A stretch of DNA of 61,847 bases, filler included, from a bacterium (GTDB taxonomy: Bacteria; CLD3; SB21), in assembly GCA_013360215.1 (NCBI GenBank). It is 7 parts of 7 records of this genome, joined end to end, with 100 filler letters (N's around TTAATTAATTAA, not from the genome) between each part and the next. Parts side by side here need not be neighbours in the genome. Positions count along the whole stretch, not along the records: positions 50,325 to 55,169 come from JABWCP010000054.1; positions 55,270 to 58,727 come from JABWCP010000055.1; positions 58,828 to 61,847 come from JABWCP010000056.1; 4 more parts are not named here. One strand, 5' to 3'. Shown piece by piece: positions 53,352 through 61,847 of this stretch (the stretch's first letter is position 1; every line of letters begins with the position of its first letter). Under the pieces are notes generated by a model. The model did not search any database. It was given only the letters and a program-made list of their open reading frames with translations, and was not told the origin of the DNA. Both the position numbers and the translations under genes were made by a program.

Positions 53352-53957
53352 ATGTCTAAACTAATTCTTGGCATCTTAGCCTCCGGCAATGGCTCCAATT
53401 GCAGGGCTATCCATAAAGCGATAACCGATGGATTGTGTAAAGCTCAAATCGGTGTAATCATCAGCAATCACGCGGAAGCAGGCGTTTTGCAGTTTGCTCG
53501 TGAGAACGGTATTCCGGCTTTTCATATCGCCAGTGAACAGTTTTCTGAAATTTCAGAATTTCATGCAGCGATCAAAAATTGTTTATCACAGCATCAGGTC
53601 CATTTGGTTGTTTTGGCCGGTTATATGAAAAAAATCGGTAAACCGATTTTAGATATTTACCCGAACCGCATTATTAATATACATCCTGCACTTTTGCCTG
53701 CATTTGGCGGCAAAGGTATGTACGGACATCACGTGCACCAGGCTGTTTTGGAATACGGAGCTAAAATCACCGGTGTTACGGTACATTTCGTAGACCCTGA
53801 ATATGATCATGGTAAGATCATCCTCCAAAAGGCTGTTGAAGTGATGGAAGATGATAATGTGGAGTCCTTGAGTGCTCGTGTGCTGAAAGCCGAGCACGAA
53901 ACCTATTATAAGGCAATAAATCTTTTTGCCAACGAATACGCTGAAAACACTTTTTAG
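53352..53957 (+). CDS. purN: Phosphoribosylglycinamide formyltransferase
   Basis: ASGNGSN, VLAGYMK, INIHPALLPAFGG, GVTVHFVD..YDHG, EH motifs. Start taken at ATG 53352. Confidence 0.96.
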   Translation: MSKLILGILASGNGSNCRAIHKAITDGLCKAQIGVIISNHAEAGVLQFARENGIPAFHIASEQFSEISEFHAAIKNCLSQHQVHLVVLAGYMKKIGKPILDIYPNRIINIHPALLPAFGGKGMYGHHVHQAVLEYGAKITGVTVHFVDPEYDHGKIILQKAVEVMEDDNVESLSARVLKAEHETYYKAINLFANEYAENTF

Positions 53958-53990
53958 ATGATAGATAGAACTGATATAACCAGGAGAGGC

Positions 53991-54998
53991 ATGATGAAAC
54001 CGATGAAAAATGTTTTATGGCTACTGATAATAGGCGCAAGTCTGTTCGCCCAAGGCAAAACCAGTATTGACTCGGACAAACAAAAAGTAGCTATTATCCC
54101 GATTGATGCAGTTAAAATCGCCGAATCGTATGGCGCAACACAGACAGTAAACTGGCAATTGAGCGGAGCTACGTGGAAATCGGCTCCCGAATCACCTTTT
54201 GCTGATCCGGCATCCCTTGCTGCTTTTGCCGAAGCGGCCACGCAACGCGTCATCGAAGCTTTTGTAAAGCTTGGCCGTTTTGTCGTGCTCGACCGTAGTG
54301 CGATGGAAAAAATAATGAAGGAGCAGGATTTCCAACTTTCAGATAATATTGATCCGAACACGGTAACCAATATCGGCGGACTTTTGGGCGCACAATATAT
54401 CGTGAATGGCCAACTACAGCAGGTCAGCACCAATCCGTATTATAATCCGAAAGACAAAACAACGCTGATGGGCTATTCCGGTACGGTAGAAATTCAGATT
54501 ACCATCTTAGATGTGGCCACCGGTCAAGTTATGACATCTAAGCGCGTCAAGGGCAGTACGGAGGTCGAAGGAACGAAAATTCTCGGTATGGCATTATTGG
54601 ACGCTTATGAATCCACACCGATCAAGGCTGCATACAAAGGTCTTAGCGAATGCGGAAGTGACCTCAAAAAATGGTTACGCGATGCATTCCCTGTCGAAGG
54701 CGAGATTTTTGAAATTACTAAAGAAGACAAGAAAAAAGGCGGTGCCACGGTGGTTAATATTACCTGCGGCAAAGATATCGGGGTAAAAAAAGGCGATCGT
54801 TTCCGCGTCTATACAGAAACCGAAGTTGAAGTAGCCGGAAAAATGCGCAAAAAAACCACCGATGTCGGTATTCTTGAAGTGAAAACTGTTGCCGAAGACG
54901 GCTGGTCATCGCTATGCGATGTCGAAAAGGGCGGTAAAGCCATTTCTGAAAAAGTCAAAGCCGGTGAAAAGCTGAAAGTTGTTTCAGTTAAAAAATAA
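53991..54998 (+). CDS. CsgG/HfaB-family secreted protein with C-terminal beta domain (FlgT-C-like)
   Basis: GRFVVLDRSAMEKIMKEQDFQLS...IGGLLGAQYIVNG...LDVATGQV; GKDIGVKKGDRFRVY; AGGAG RBS. Confidence 0.75.
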   Translation: MMKPMKNVLWLLIIGASLFAQGKTSIDSDKQKVAIIPIDAVKIAESYGATQTVNWQLSGATWKSAPESPFADPASLAAFAEAATQRVIEAFVKLGRFVVLDRSAMEKIMKEQDFQLSDNIDPNTVTNIGGLLGAQYIVNGQLQQVSTNPYYNPKDKTTLMGYSGTVEIQITILDVATGQVMTSKRVKGSTEVEGTKILGMALLDAYESTPIKAAYKGLSECGSDLKKWLRDAFPVEGEIFEITKEDKKKGGATVVNITCGKDIGVKKGDRFRVYTETEVEVAGKMRKKTTDVGILEVKTVAEDGWSSLCDVEKGGKAISEKVKAGEKLKVVSVKK

Positions 54999-55016
54999 TT
55001 TTAAATGAATATCTGC

Positions 55017-55053
55017 ATAAAAAAACCCCGAACTTGTTCGGGGTTTTTTATTT
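55017..55053 (+). terminator. Intrinsic terminator with bidirectional structure
   Basis: A tract, CCCCGAAC-TT-GTTCGGGG hairpin, T tract. Confidence 0.85.
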
Positions 55054-55070
55054 ATCAAAACTATGTCTCG

Positions 55071-55169
55071 TGTCTCGTCCTTCAATACGTCCACAGGAGG
55101 AGTAACAGATGCAAGAAGGACAAGGGTCTAGGTTGTATGTGAAGCGGACGCAACGGGATTACAGTTTAG
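55071..55169 (+). mobile_element. Left end of an IS3-family element, truncated by contig end
   Basis: TGTCTCGTCC... end, GGAGGAG RBS, and ATG 55109 reading MQEGQGSRLYVKRTQRDYSL; KRTQRDYS is a typical IS3 orfA start. Confidence 0.7.
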
Positions 55170-55269
55170 NNNNNNNNNNNNNNNNNNNNNNNNNNNNNNN
55201 NNNNNNNNNNNNNTTAATTAATTAANNNNNNNNNNNNNNNNNNNNNNNNNNNNNNNNNNNNNNNNNNNN
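55170..55269. other. Artificial contig linker
   Basis: N44-TTAATTAATTAA-N44. Confidence 0.98.
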
Positions 55270-55636
55270 AGGGCGGCTGGTGATTGCGGATGGTATGACG
55301 GCTAAGTTTGAGTACAATGATCATCCGATCAATCGGCGCTGGCTCGAGGGCTGGGCGGCTAACTTTATTGAAACACCGGAGCGCATGCAAGGGTATATGC
55401 AACAAATGGGGTTTACGGATATTCGTTTTCGGGATATCACACCGTATGTCATGCATTCCTCGCGGAGAATGTATATGCTGTACTTTCCGGCCAAGGTCTA
55501 TCATGCCGTAGTACGAATGCTCGGGCGCCCGTCGCCGTTATTATTCAGAAAAAATGTGGATGCCTGCCGTTTTCAATACATCGCATTCAAACGAAAATTG
55601 TGGATGTATGGGCTTCTGTGCGGCGTTAAAAAATAG
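55270..55636 (+). CDS. Class I SAM-dependent methyltransferase, paralog 1 (5' truncated)
   Basis: GRLVIADGM...GWAANFIETPER...GFTDIRFRDIT...YGLLCGVKK; homologous to the C-terminal half of the downstream copies. Confidence 0.88.
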
Positions 55637-55648
55637 CTGAGGAGTATC

Positions 55649-56497
55649 ATGAGTAATTACCACGATCAGATAGTTGACTATTATCGTGAGACAGAAAATC
55701 ACTACCGTGTGTATTGGGCGCTGGATAAAACACTGGCGATTCATTACGGCTATTGGGATGAAAAAGTAAAATCATTTCCGCAGTCCCTTCTGCGCATGAA
55801 TGAAGTGCTCGCCGAAACCGCGAAGATACAGAAAACGGATCGCGTACTGGATGCCGGCTGCGGTGTCGGCGGCAGCAGTATTTTTTTAGCGCAGCATATC
55901 GGATGCCATGCGACGGGTATCACGTTAAGCGCTAAACAGGTTGCACGGGCGTTTGAAAATGCCAAAGATAAAAACGTCAGCGATCGCACGGATTTTAAGG
56001 TGATGAACTATTGCAAAACAGATTTTCCGGATGCATCGTTTGATGTAGTCTGGGGATGTGAAAGCATTTGTTATGCGGATAGTAAAGAACAGTTTGTTCG
56101 CGAGGCGTTTCGTTTGCTCAAACCGGGCGGGCGATTGATATTGGCGGACTTCATGGTTCCAGCTTTTGAAAATAATCAGGACCCGAGCGTACTCCGCTGG
56201 CTCGACGGTTGGGTCGTCAATTTTCTCGAAACGCCGGATAATTTTAAAAAATATATGCTCGAAGCCGGATTTGAAGATGTCCGGTTTCGCGATATTTCCA
56301 AAAACACACTTCACTCCACTAAACGCCTCGGGCGATTGTATTATTGGGGTAAGGTCTATCTGGCGTATTGCAAAATCATCGGCAAAACGATGGATCCGAT
56401 TCGTTTGAGGAATATTAAATCGGCTTACGATCAATACCAAAGCCATCGTCGTGCATTATGGATCTACGGTATGTTTTGTACGACGAAACCGTCCTGA
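55649..56497 (+). CDS. Class I SAM-dependent methyltransferase, paralog 2 (tocopherol/sterol/RebM-like)
   Basis: IHYGYW, VLDAGCGVGGS, GITLS..QV, FDVVWGCESICY, RLLKPGG; GAGGAG RBS. Confidence 0.92.
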   Translation: MSNYHDQIVDYYRETENHYRVYWALDKTLAIHYGYWDEKVKSFPQSLLRMNEVLAETAKIQKTDRVLDAGCGVGGSSIFLAQHIGCHATGITLSAKQVARAFENAKDKNVSDRTDFKVMNYCKTDFPDASFDVVWGCESICYADSKEQFVREAFRLLKPGGRLILADFMVPAFENNQDPSVLRWLDGWVVNFLETPDNFKKYMLEAGFEDVRFRDISKNTLHSTKRLGRLYYWGKVYLAYCKIIGKTMDPIRLRNIKSAYDQYQSHRRALWIYGMFCTTKPS

Positions 56498-56563
56498 TCG
56501 CACATCAGTTGTTCACGGCCAACGTGATTTTAAAAACAAATATATTTTATAGGTCTTAATTAC

Positions 56564-57409
56564 ATGAGTACATACCATCAGAATATCATCGCATTTTATG
56601 ACGTACTTGAAAATCCACTTCGTATGATATGGGATTTAGACAAGAGTTACGCGATTCACTACGGCTATTGGGACGAAAAAGTAAAGTCTTTCCCGGAGTC
56701 TCTTCTGCGCATGAATGAAGTTATGGCGGAGACGGCGCAAATCAAATCCCACGAACGCGTGTTGGATGCCGGCTGCGGTGTCGGTGGGAGCAGTATTTTT
56801 CTTGCCCGTACGATCGGTTGCAAAACCGTGGGTATTACGTTGAGTGCCAATCAAGTACAACGCGCTAAGAAAAATGCGCAAAACTCCGGCACGGCGCATT
56901 TGAACGAATTCAAAGTGATGGATTATTCGCATACGGACTTTGAAGATGCGAGTTTTGATGTTGTATGGGGATGTGAAAGCATCTGTTATGCAGATAACAA
57001 GGAAGAGTTTGTCAAAGAGGTCTATCGGATTTTAAAGCCGGGCGGGCGCTTCATCATGGCGGACGGTATGGTACAAAAATTTGAAGATAATGATAATCCC
57101 ATCGTGGCTAAGGGACGCGATGGTTGGGCGGCCAACTATGTAGAGACACCGGAGCGCTTCAAACAATTTTTAGAAAATACGGGTTTTACAAATATTACCT
57201 ACCGCGATATTACGGATCATATCATGCATTCGGCCAAACGCCTTTATTGGGTTTCGTTCCCGGCGAAATTGAATCAGTGGATTCGCCCGATGTTCGGAAA
57301 AACGGTTGCCGAACATAATAAAGGAAACGTTGATGCGTGTAAGTATCAGTATTTGGCGTTCAAAAAAAGGCTTTTAGTGTATGGAATTTTGTGTGGCGTA
57401 AAACGATAA
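56564..57409 (+). CDS. Class I SAM-dependent methyltransferase, paralog 3
   Basis: Same motifs as paralog 2; 281 aa. Confidence 0.92.
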   Translation: MSTYHQNIIAFYDVLENPLRMIWDLDKSYAIHYGYWDEKVKSFPESLLRMNEVMAETAQIKSHERVLDAGCGVGGSSIFLARTIGCKTVGITLSANQVQRAKKNAQNSGTAHLNEFKVMDYSHTDFEDASFDVVWGCESICYADNKEEFVKEVYRILKPGGRFIMADGMVQKFEDNDNPIVAKGRDGWAANYVETPERFKQFLENTGFTNITYRDITDHIMHSAKRLYWVSFPAKLNQWIRPMFGKTVAEHNKGNVDACKYQYLAFKKRLLVYGILCGVKR

Positions 57410-57442
57410 GCTGTTTTTTGTAAACTTTCAAAATGAAAATTT

Positions 57443-58297
57443 ATGAATTCGTATCACCAAAAAATCATAGAGTACTACCACGGTACTGAAAAAGCCTATA
57501 AGTATGGCTGGGGTGTGGAAAAAAATCTCGCCATTCACTATGGATACTGGGATGATAAAGTAAAATCTTTTTCACAATCTTTACAACGGATGAATGAAAT
57601 CATGGCGGAAGAGGCGGTCATTTCGATGGGAGATCGTATATTAGATGCGGGTTGTGGTGTAGGTGGGAGCGGTATTTTTTTAGCAAAGACGCTGGGTTGC
57701 TATACGGTTGGGCTCACGTTGAGCCACCGTCAAAAAAAACGAGCGGAAGAAAATGCATTACGCTACAATGTTTCGGAGCGTACAGAATTTCATCTGATGG
57801 ACTATGGCCATACAACATTGGACGGCGAAACGTTTGATATTGTGTGGGGTTGTGAAAGTATCTGTTATGCAGATAACAAAGAACAGTTTATAAAAGAAGC
57901 ATTTCGACTTTTGAAACCGGGAGGGCGTCTCGTGATGGCTGATTTTATGGTGCCACATTTTGACAACAATGCGCACCCTCTCGTTCGCAATTGGCTTGAC
58001 GGATGGTCTGTCAATTATTTGGAAACAAAAGAGCGATTCGGTGATTTCATGGAAAATGCGGGTTTTCAGAAAATCCGTTTTCGGGATATATCGGATAATA
58101 TTATGAACACAGTAAAACTTCTTGGAAAAATGTATTACTTTGGCAAATTGTATCAAGTCTACAGATTCATTTTCGGGTTAGAAAGAACGGCGGTCAGCAT
58201 CGGTAATATCAATGCATCTCGGTGGCAATATCTCAGCAAAAAGGAAAATTTATGGATTTATGGTTTGTTTTCTGCAACGAAACCCAAATTTTTATAA
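57443..58297 (+). CDS. Class I SAM-dependent methyltransferase, paralog 4
   Basis: Same motifs; N-terminal YKYGWG; 284 aa. Confidence 0.92.
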   Translation: MNSYHQKIIEYYHGTEKAYKYGWGVEKNLAIHYGYWDDKVKSFSQSLQRMNEIMAEEAVISMGDRILDAGCGVGGSGIFLAKTLGCYTVGLTLSHRQKKRAEENALRYNVSERTEFHLMDYGHTTLDGETFDIVWGCESICYADNKEQFIKEAFRLLKPGGRLVMADFMVPHFDNNAHPLVRNWLDGWSVNYLETKERFGDFMENAGFQKIRFRDISDNIMNTVKLLGKMYYFGKLYQVYRFIFGLERTAVSIGNINASRWQYLSKKENLWIYGLFSATKPKFL

Positions 58298-58321
58298 GCC
58301 TATCTATGGCGTAAATTATTA

Positions 58322-58727
58322 GTGAATTCCTATCATGAAAATATTGTCCGGTATTATCGGGCGACTGAAAAATCATACAAGGATGGGTGGGGATTAAAAA
58401 AAAATCTCATGATCCATTATGGTTATTGGGACGATAAAGTCTCTTCATTTTCCGAGTCGCTGCTTCGGATGAACGAAGTGATGGCCGAAGCGGTGGGGAT
58501 TACATCATCGGATAGGGTACTTGACGCCGGTTGCGGTGTAGGCGGGAGTAGTATTTATCTTGCCAAAACCCGCGGCTGCCGTGCGGTAGGAATTACACTT
58601 AGTGATAGGCAAGTTGCCCAAGCGGAGACTTTTGCCAAAGACCGTGGTGTATCCGAACAGACGGAATTTAAAATCATGGATTATTGCCATACGGATTTTC
58701 CGGATGCATCGTTTGACGTGGTATGGG
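58322..58727 (+). CDS. Class I SAM-dependent methyltransferase, paralog 5 (3' truncated)
   Basis: GTG start; YKDGWG, IHYGYW, VLDAGCGVGGSS, FDVVW, then the gap. Confidence 0.9.
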
Positions 58728-58827
58728 NNNNNNNNNNNNNNNNNNNNNNNNNNNNNNNNNNNNNNNNNNNNTTAATTAATTAANNNNNNNNNNNNNNNNN
58801 NNNNNNNNNNNNNNNNNNNNNNNNNNN
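58728..58827. other. Artificial contig linker
   Basis: N44-TTAATTAATTAA-N44. Confidence 0.98.
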
Positions 58828-58916
58828 AGATCAGATACACATTCTGCTTCACCAGTACCGGCAGCGTGATGGCTTCATCCATCCCGGTACTTTCAAACTT
58901 TACGGTAATATTTTTT
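58828..58916. repeat. 89-bp exact direct repeat, copy 1 (contig start)
   Basis: Identical base for base to 61759-61847. Confidence 0.95.
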
Positions 58917-61495
58917 CGACCCAGTAGATCATGCGCAAAATTCTGCATTCGCAAATTCAAATCCGTGACCCGGTCATTGCGCGCATCTATAGACCACACG
59001 ATATCACTCATACTGGATATCACATTCCGGCTGAGATCTCCGATCGCTTTCAACATCGGTTTAGTTTCTTTAGGATCATCCGTTTCCTGCACCAATTCAG
59101 AGTACATTGCAATTTTGGACAGATTGGATCCTATATCATCATGCAAATCACTTGCGATTTTAACGCGCAGACGCTCCACGGCTAAAAGTCTATGGACCCG
59201 ATACAAATACACGCGCCACAGAATAAATGCTATAACTGAAAGCACTATGACACGAAACCACCACGTCCGATACCACGGAGGGAGAATCCGAAAATGATAG
59301 GATGCTTCTTCACCGATGACACCATATATATTTTTGGCTCGAACCCGAAACGTGTATTCACCTTCATTCAGGTTAGTATAGATCGCACGGCTTTCTTCGC
59401 TCCAGTCCGTCCATTCGTCGGTAAACCCTTCCATTTTCCATGAAAAGCGCAGCGCTGAAATATCATGATAATGTGATGCCGAAAAGTATAACGTGAGACT
59501 ATTGAACGCATAGGATATTTCGAATGATTCGGGAAATATTGCCGCACCGGAAATCGAGCCGGACCGGAGCAACGAATCATTGTTGAGAATAATACGACGG
59601 ATTAAAACAGGGAACCTCAATGCATAGTCGCGTGTAACTCTATGATCCCATCGTGCCACCCCCTCCGTACCGGCAAACCACGTAACTGAATCCTGCGGAT
59701 CAATATAAATCGGATCGCCCGGAATAGAGATTGTAGAGTCAAGTTGCCAACGATCGGCGGCCAACGGTATTAGTTTGTAAAAGCGATATCCTTTGACAAT
59801 CCAAAACTCCTTATTGCGTAATAAGATATGATTAATGTCCACACCGCCGCGCACAGAAGTGAACATCGCATCCAGATTACTGCGAATGACTTTCGATTCT
59901 GCATCTATTGTCAAACGATAAACTTCTTCGCCGTTCAAGATGTAGGTTTGATTATCTAAAACCGATAAGTTGGAATAAGCATTCAATCCTTTCATCGTAT
60001 GCGCCGCCATAATATGCAGGATCGCATTTTTATCGACTCTGACATAGACTACACCTTGATTACGCAAACTCATCCAATAATAGCATGCTCCGTCTTGGTC
60101 CGATCGATCAAGAACGATTGCCGTAACCTCATCATCAAAAGTGTGAATAGGCTTCATGGAAAAAGAAAACACGTCCACCGCATATAAAATATTACGATGA
60201 GCTGCCAAAATAGTATTATGTCTACTTGGTAATTTGGCTATAGCGCGGGGACCGATCTCCAAAGTTTGAAAAAGTACTTTACGATTGGTATCTAATATCG
60301 CAAAATCGCCGCCGTAGATGATTAACCGTGTAAACATCGTATCCATTCCATAGACAGAAAAATCGGTTCCTTTGATTTTTCGGAATGTTAGTAATTCCGG
60401 CAGAATTTCGTCTGAAACACTCTCCCATAAACCTTGCGTTGTGCCGGCAACAATTTTTCCGCCAAAACGCATAACGCCCGTAACAGCGCCATCAATTCCT
60501 TTTTCGTTACGGATAAACGTGATCGGACTATAAAAATCAGATACCGATAAACCGTTATTATGACCAAACCAAACGCTGCCGTCGGCCGCGTGAAAAGCAA
60601 ACTTTGTGTCCGACAGACCACGCGCATCGCGATTATCGGCGTGCATGCGAATGCGGCCTGTACTATCCATGACGAATATTCCTTGCAACGTACTTGTAAC
60701 GATAATTTCTCCGTTTTTCATACGTACGGCATTGGATATTTTTAAATTTTCCAACGGCATGTTCGTTTTCAATTTTTTGATAAGGCCCGTCGAATCATTG
60801 TATGTATAAATGCCGTCATTGGCGGTAATCACCCAATACGCATGCCGCTCGAAATCAACCATCGCTACGAGTATAATACTTTTGAAAAAATCGCCTCCGG
60901 GCACAGCAACAAATGCCGTTCGAGCGGTATCCCAACGCATTAAACCTTCGTCTCTGTCTTTGATCCACAGCGAACGTGTGGCCGGCAACATGTAGTGAAA
61001 TGTACGTTTGGGCCGAATCCAATGCGCCTTGCCTTGTGCATAGCGAATCACACCATCCAAAGCTCCAAAAAAAACTTCGTTGTTAAATACAACCGTACGC
61101 CATACATGCCTAATCTTCTTCGCCGAATCGCCCCATGCCTTCGATAATGAATGATACTGCATCGAACCGGAAGCATCGGGTTTTAAAAACCCCCATTCAC
61201 TTAAACTGCCGACCCACACGGTACCCGAATCATCTGTAGCTATAGAAAACACGCTTCTTTGCCCATCAAGAGTGATCTTTCGCCACGTCTGTCCATCAAA
61301 CTGCAATACGCCGGCATCATGCCCCCCGCTGGCAAAATACATGACACCTTCGCGATCCTGCGCCGCCGACCAAATCTGAGTACCTCCATTGTACTCTTTG
61401 GGAGAGTAAAAATGAAATTTGGGAACGCCGATACGATCTTGTGCAACGATCAGCACGTTACAGAGGAATAAAATTGAACCAATCTGACGTATCAT
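58828..61495 (-). CDS. Sensor histidine kinase (beta-propeller, Y_Y_Y, TM, HisKA_3), 3' truncated
   Basis: Signal peptide; YTNLNEGEYTFRVRAKN; ILPPWYRTWWF; RVKIASDLHDDIGSNLS (NarX/UhpB-type H box). Confidence 0.92.
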
Positions 61496-61510
61496 AATTT
61501 TGACTTTGAT

Positions 61511-61847
61511 TTATTTTATCAACGGAATTTGTGCTGAAACCCTGACGCCTTGGCCGGATTTGACGTCAAACTTGCCGCCTAAAGATTCGGCACGCATTCT
61601 CATGTTCTTCATTCCGTTTCCGCCCATCGTAACACCGCCTGTGAAACCTCCGCCATTATCCTCCACCTCCAGATGTATCTGCTTATCTTTGAGTGTCAGC
61701 CGGATCACCACCGCCGTTGCATCGGCGTACTTATATATGTTATTCACGGCTTCTTTAAAGATCAGATACACATTCTGCTTCACCAGTACCGGCAGCGTGA
61801 TGGCTTCATCCATCCCGGTACTTTCAAACTTTACGGTAATATTTTTT
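61511..61847 (-). CDS. C-terminal HATPase domain of an upstream sensor histidine kinase, 5' truncated
   Basis: IFKEAVNNIYKYA, VEDNGGGF, GNGMKNMRMRAESLGG; stops 15 bp before the next kinase gene. Confidence 0.9.
   Translation of the reverse strand, partial: KNITVKFESTGMDEAITLPVLVKQNVYLIFKEAVNNIYKYADATAVVIRLTLKDKQIHLEVEDNGGGFTGGVTMGGNGMKNMRMRAESLGGKFDVKSGQGVRVSAQIPLIK
61759..61847. repeat. 89-bp exact direct repeat, copy 2 (window end)
   Basis: Identical base for base to 58828-58916. Confidence 0.95.

Overview
The window is seven assembly pieces, not one locus: 1-30600, 30701-37657, 37758-44088, 44189-50224, 50325-55169, 55270-58727 and 58828-61847. They are joined by 100-bp artificial linkers (44 N + TTAATTAATTAA + 44 N) in descending length, so adjacency across gaps has no biological meaning. 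Gene content suggests an FCB-superphylum bacterium (inference): a QNYPNPFNP/FlgD-type C-terminus, a hybrid two-component sensor, YpdA, and canonical TTGACA-17-TAnnnT promoters. Piece 1 holds partial ypdA, dnaG, TPR proteins, metallo-beta-lactamase-fold hydrolases, DinB, many secreted proteins and lipoproteins, a beta-helix surface protein, a hybrid sensor-regulator, a decayed IS3 nested in a decayed IS982, a Cys/Met PLP lyase, a fasciclin and a permuted NlpC/P60 enzyme. Pieces 2 and 4 are fragments of giant surface proteins (YWTD propeller, FN3, LamG, beta-helix, Ig-like repeats). Piece 3 is an unusual operon: HAD phosphatase, LarA-family racemase/epimerase and three tandem nucleotidyltransferase-like/CDP-alcohol phosphotransferase fusions. 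Piece 5 is housekeeping (tRNA-Asn, outer-membrane protein, rsmE, HU, purN, CsgG-like) and ends in an IS3. Piece 6 is a tandem array of at least five mosaic SAM-dependent methyltransferase paralogs. Piece 7 holds tandem sensor kinases with an exact 89-bp repeat at both ends. The best candidates for undescribed biology are the LarA/triple CDP-alcohol phosphotransferase operon and the methyltransferase array. All family calls come from motif recognition by eye; no searches were run.
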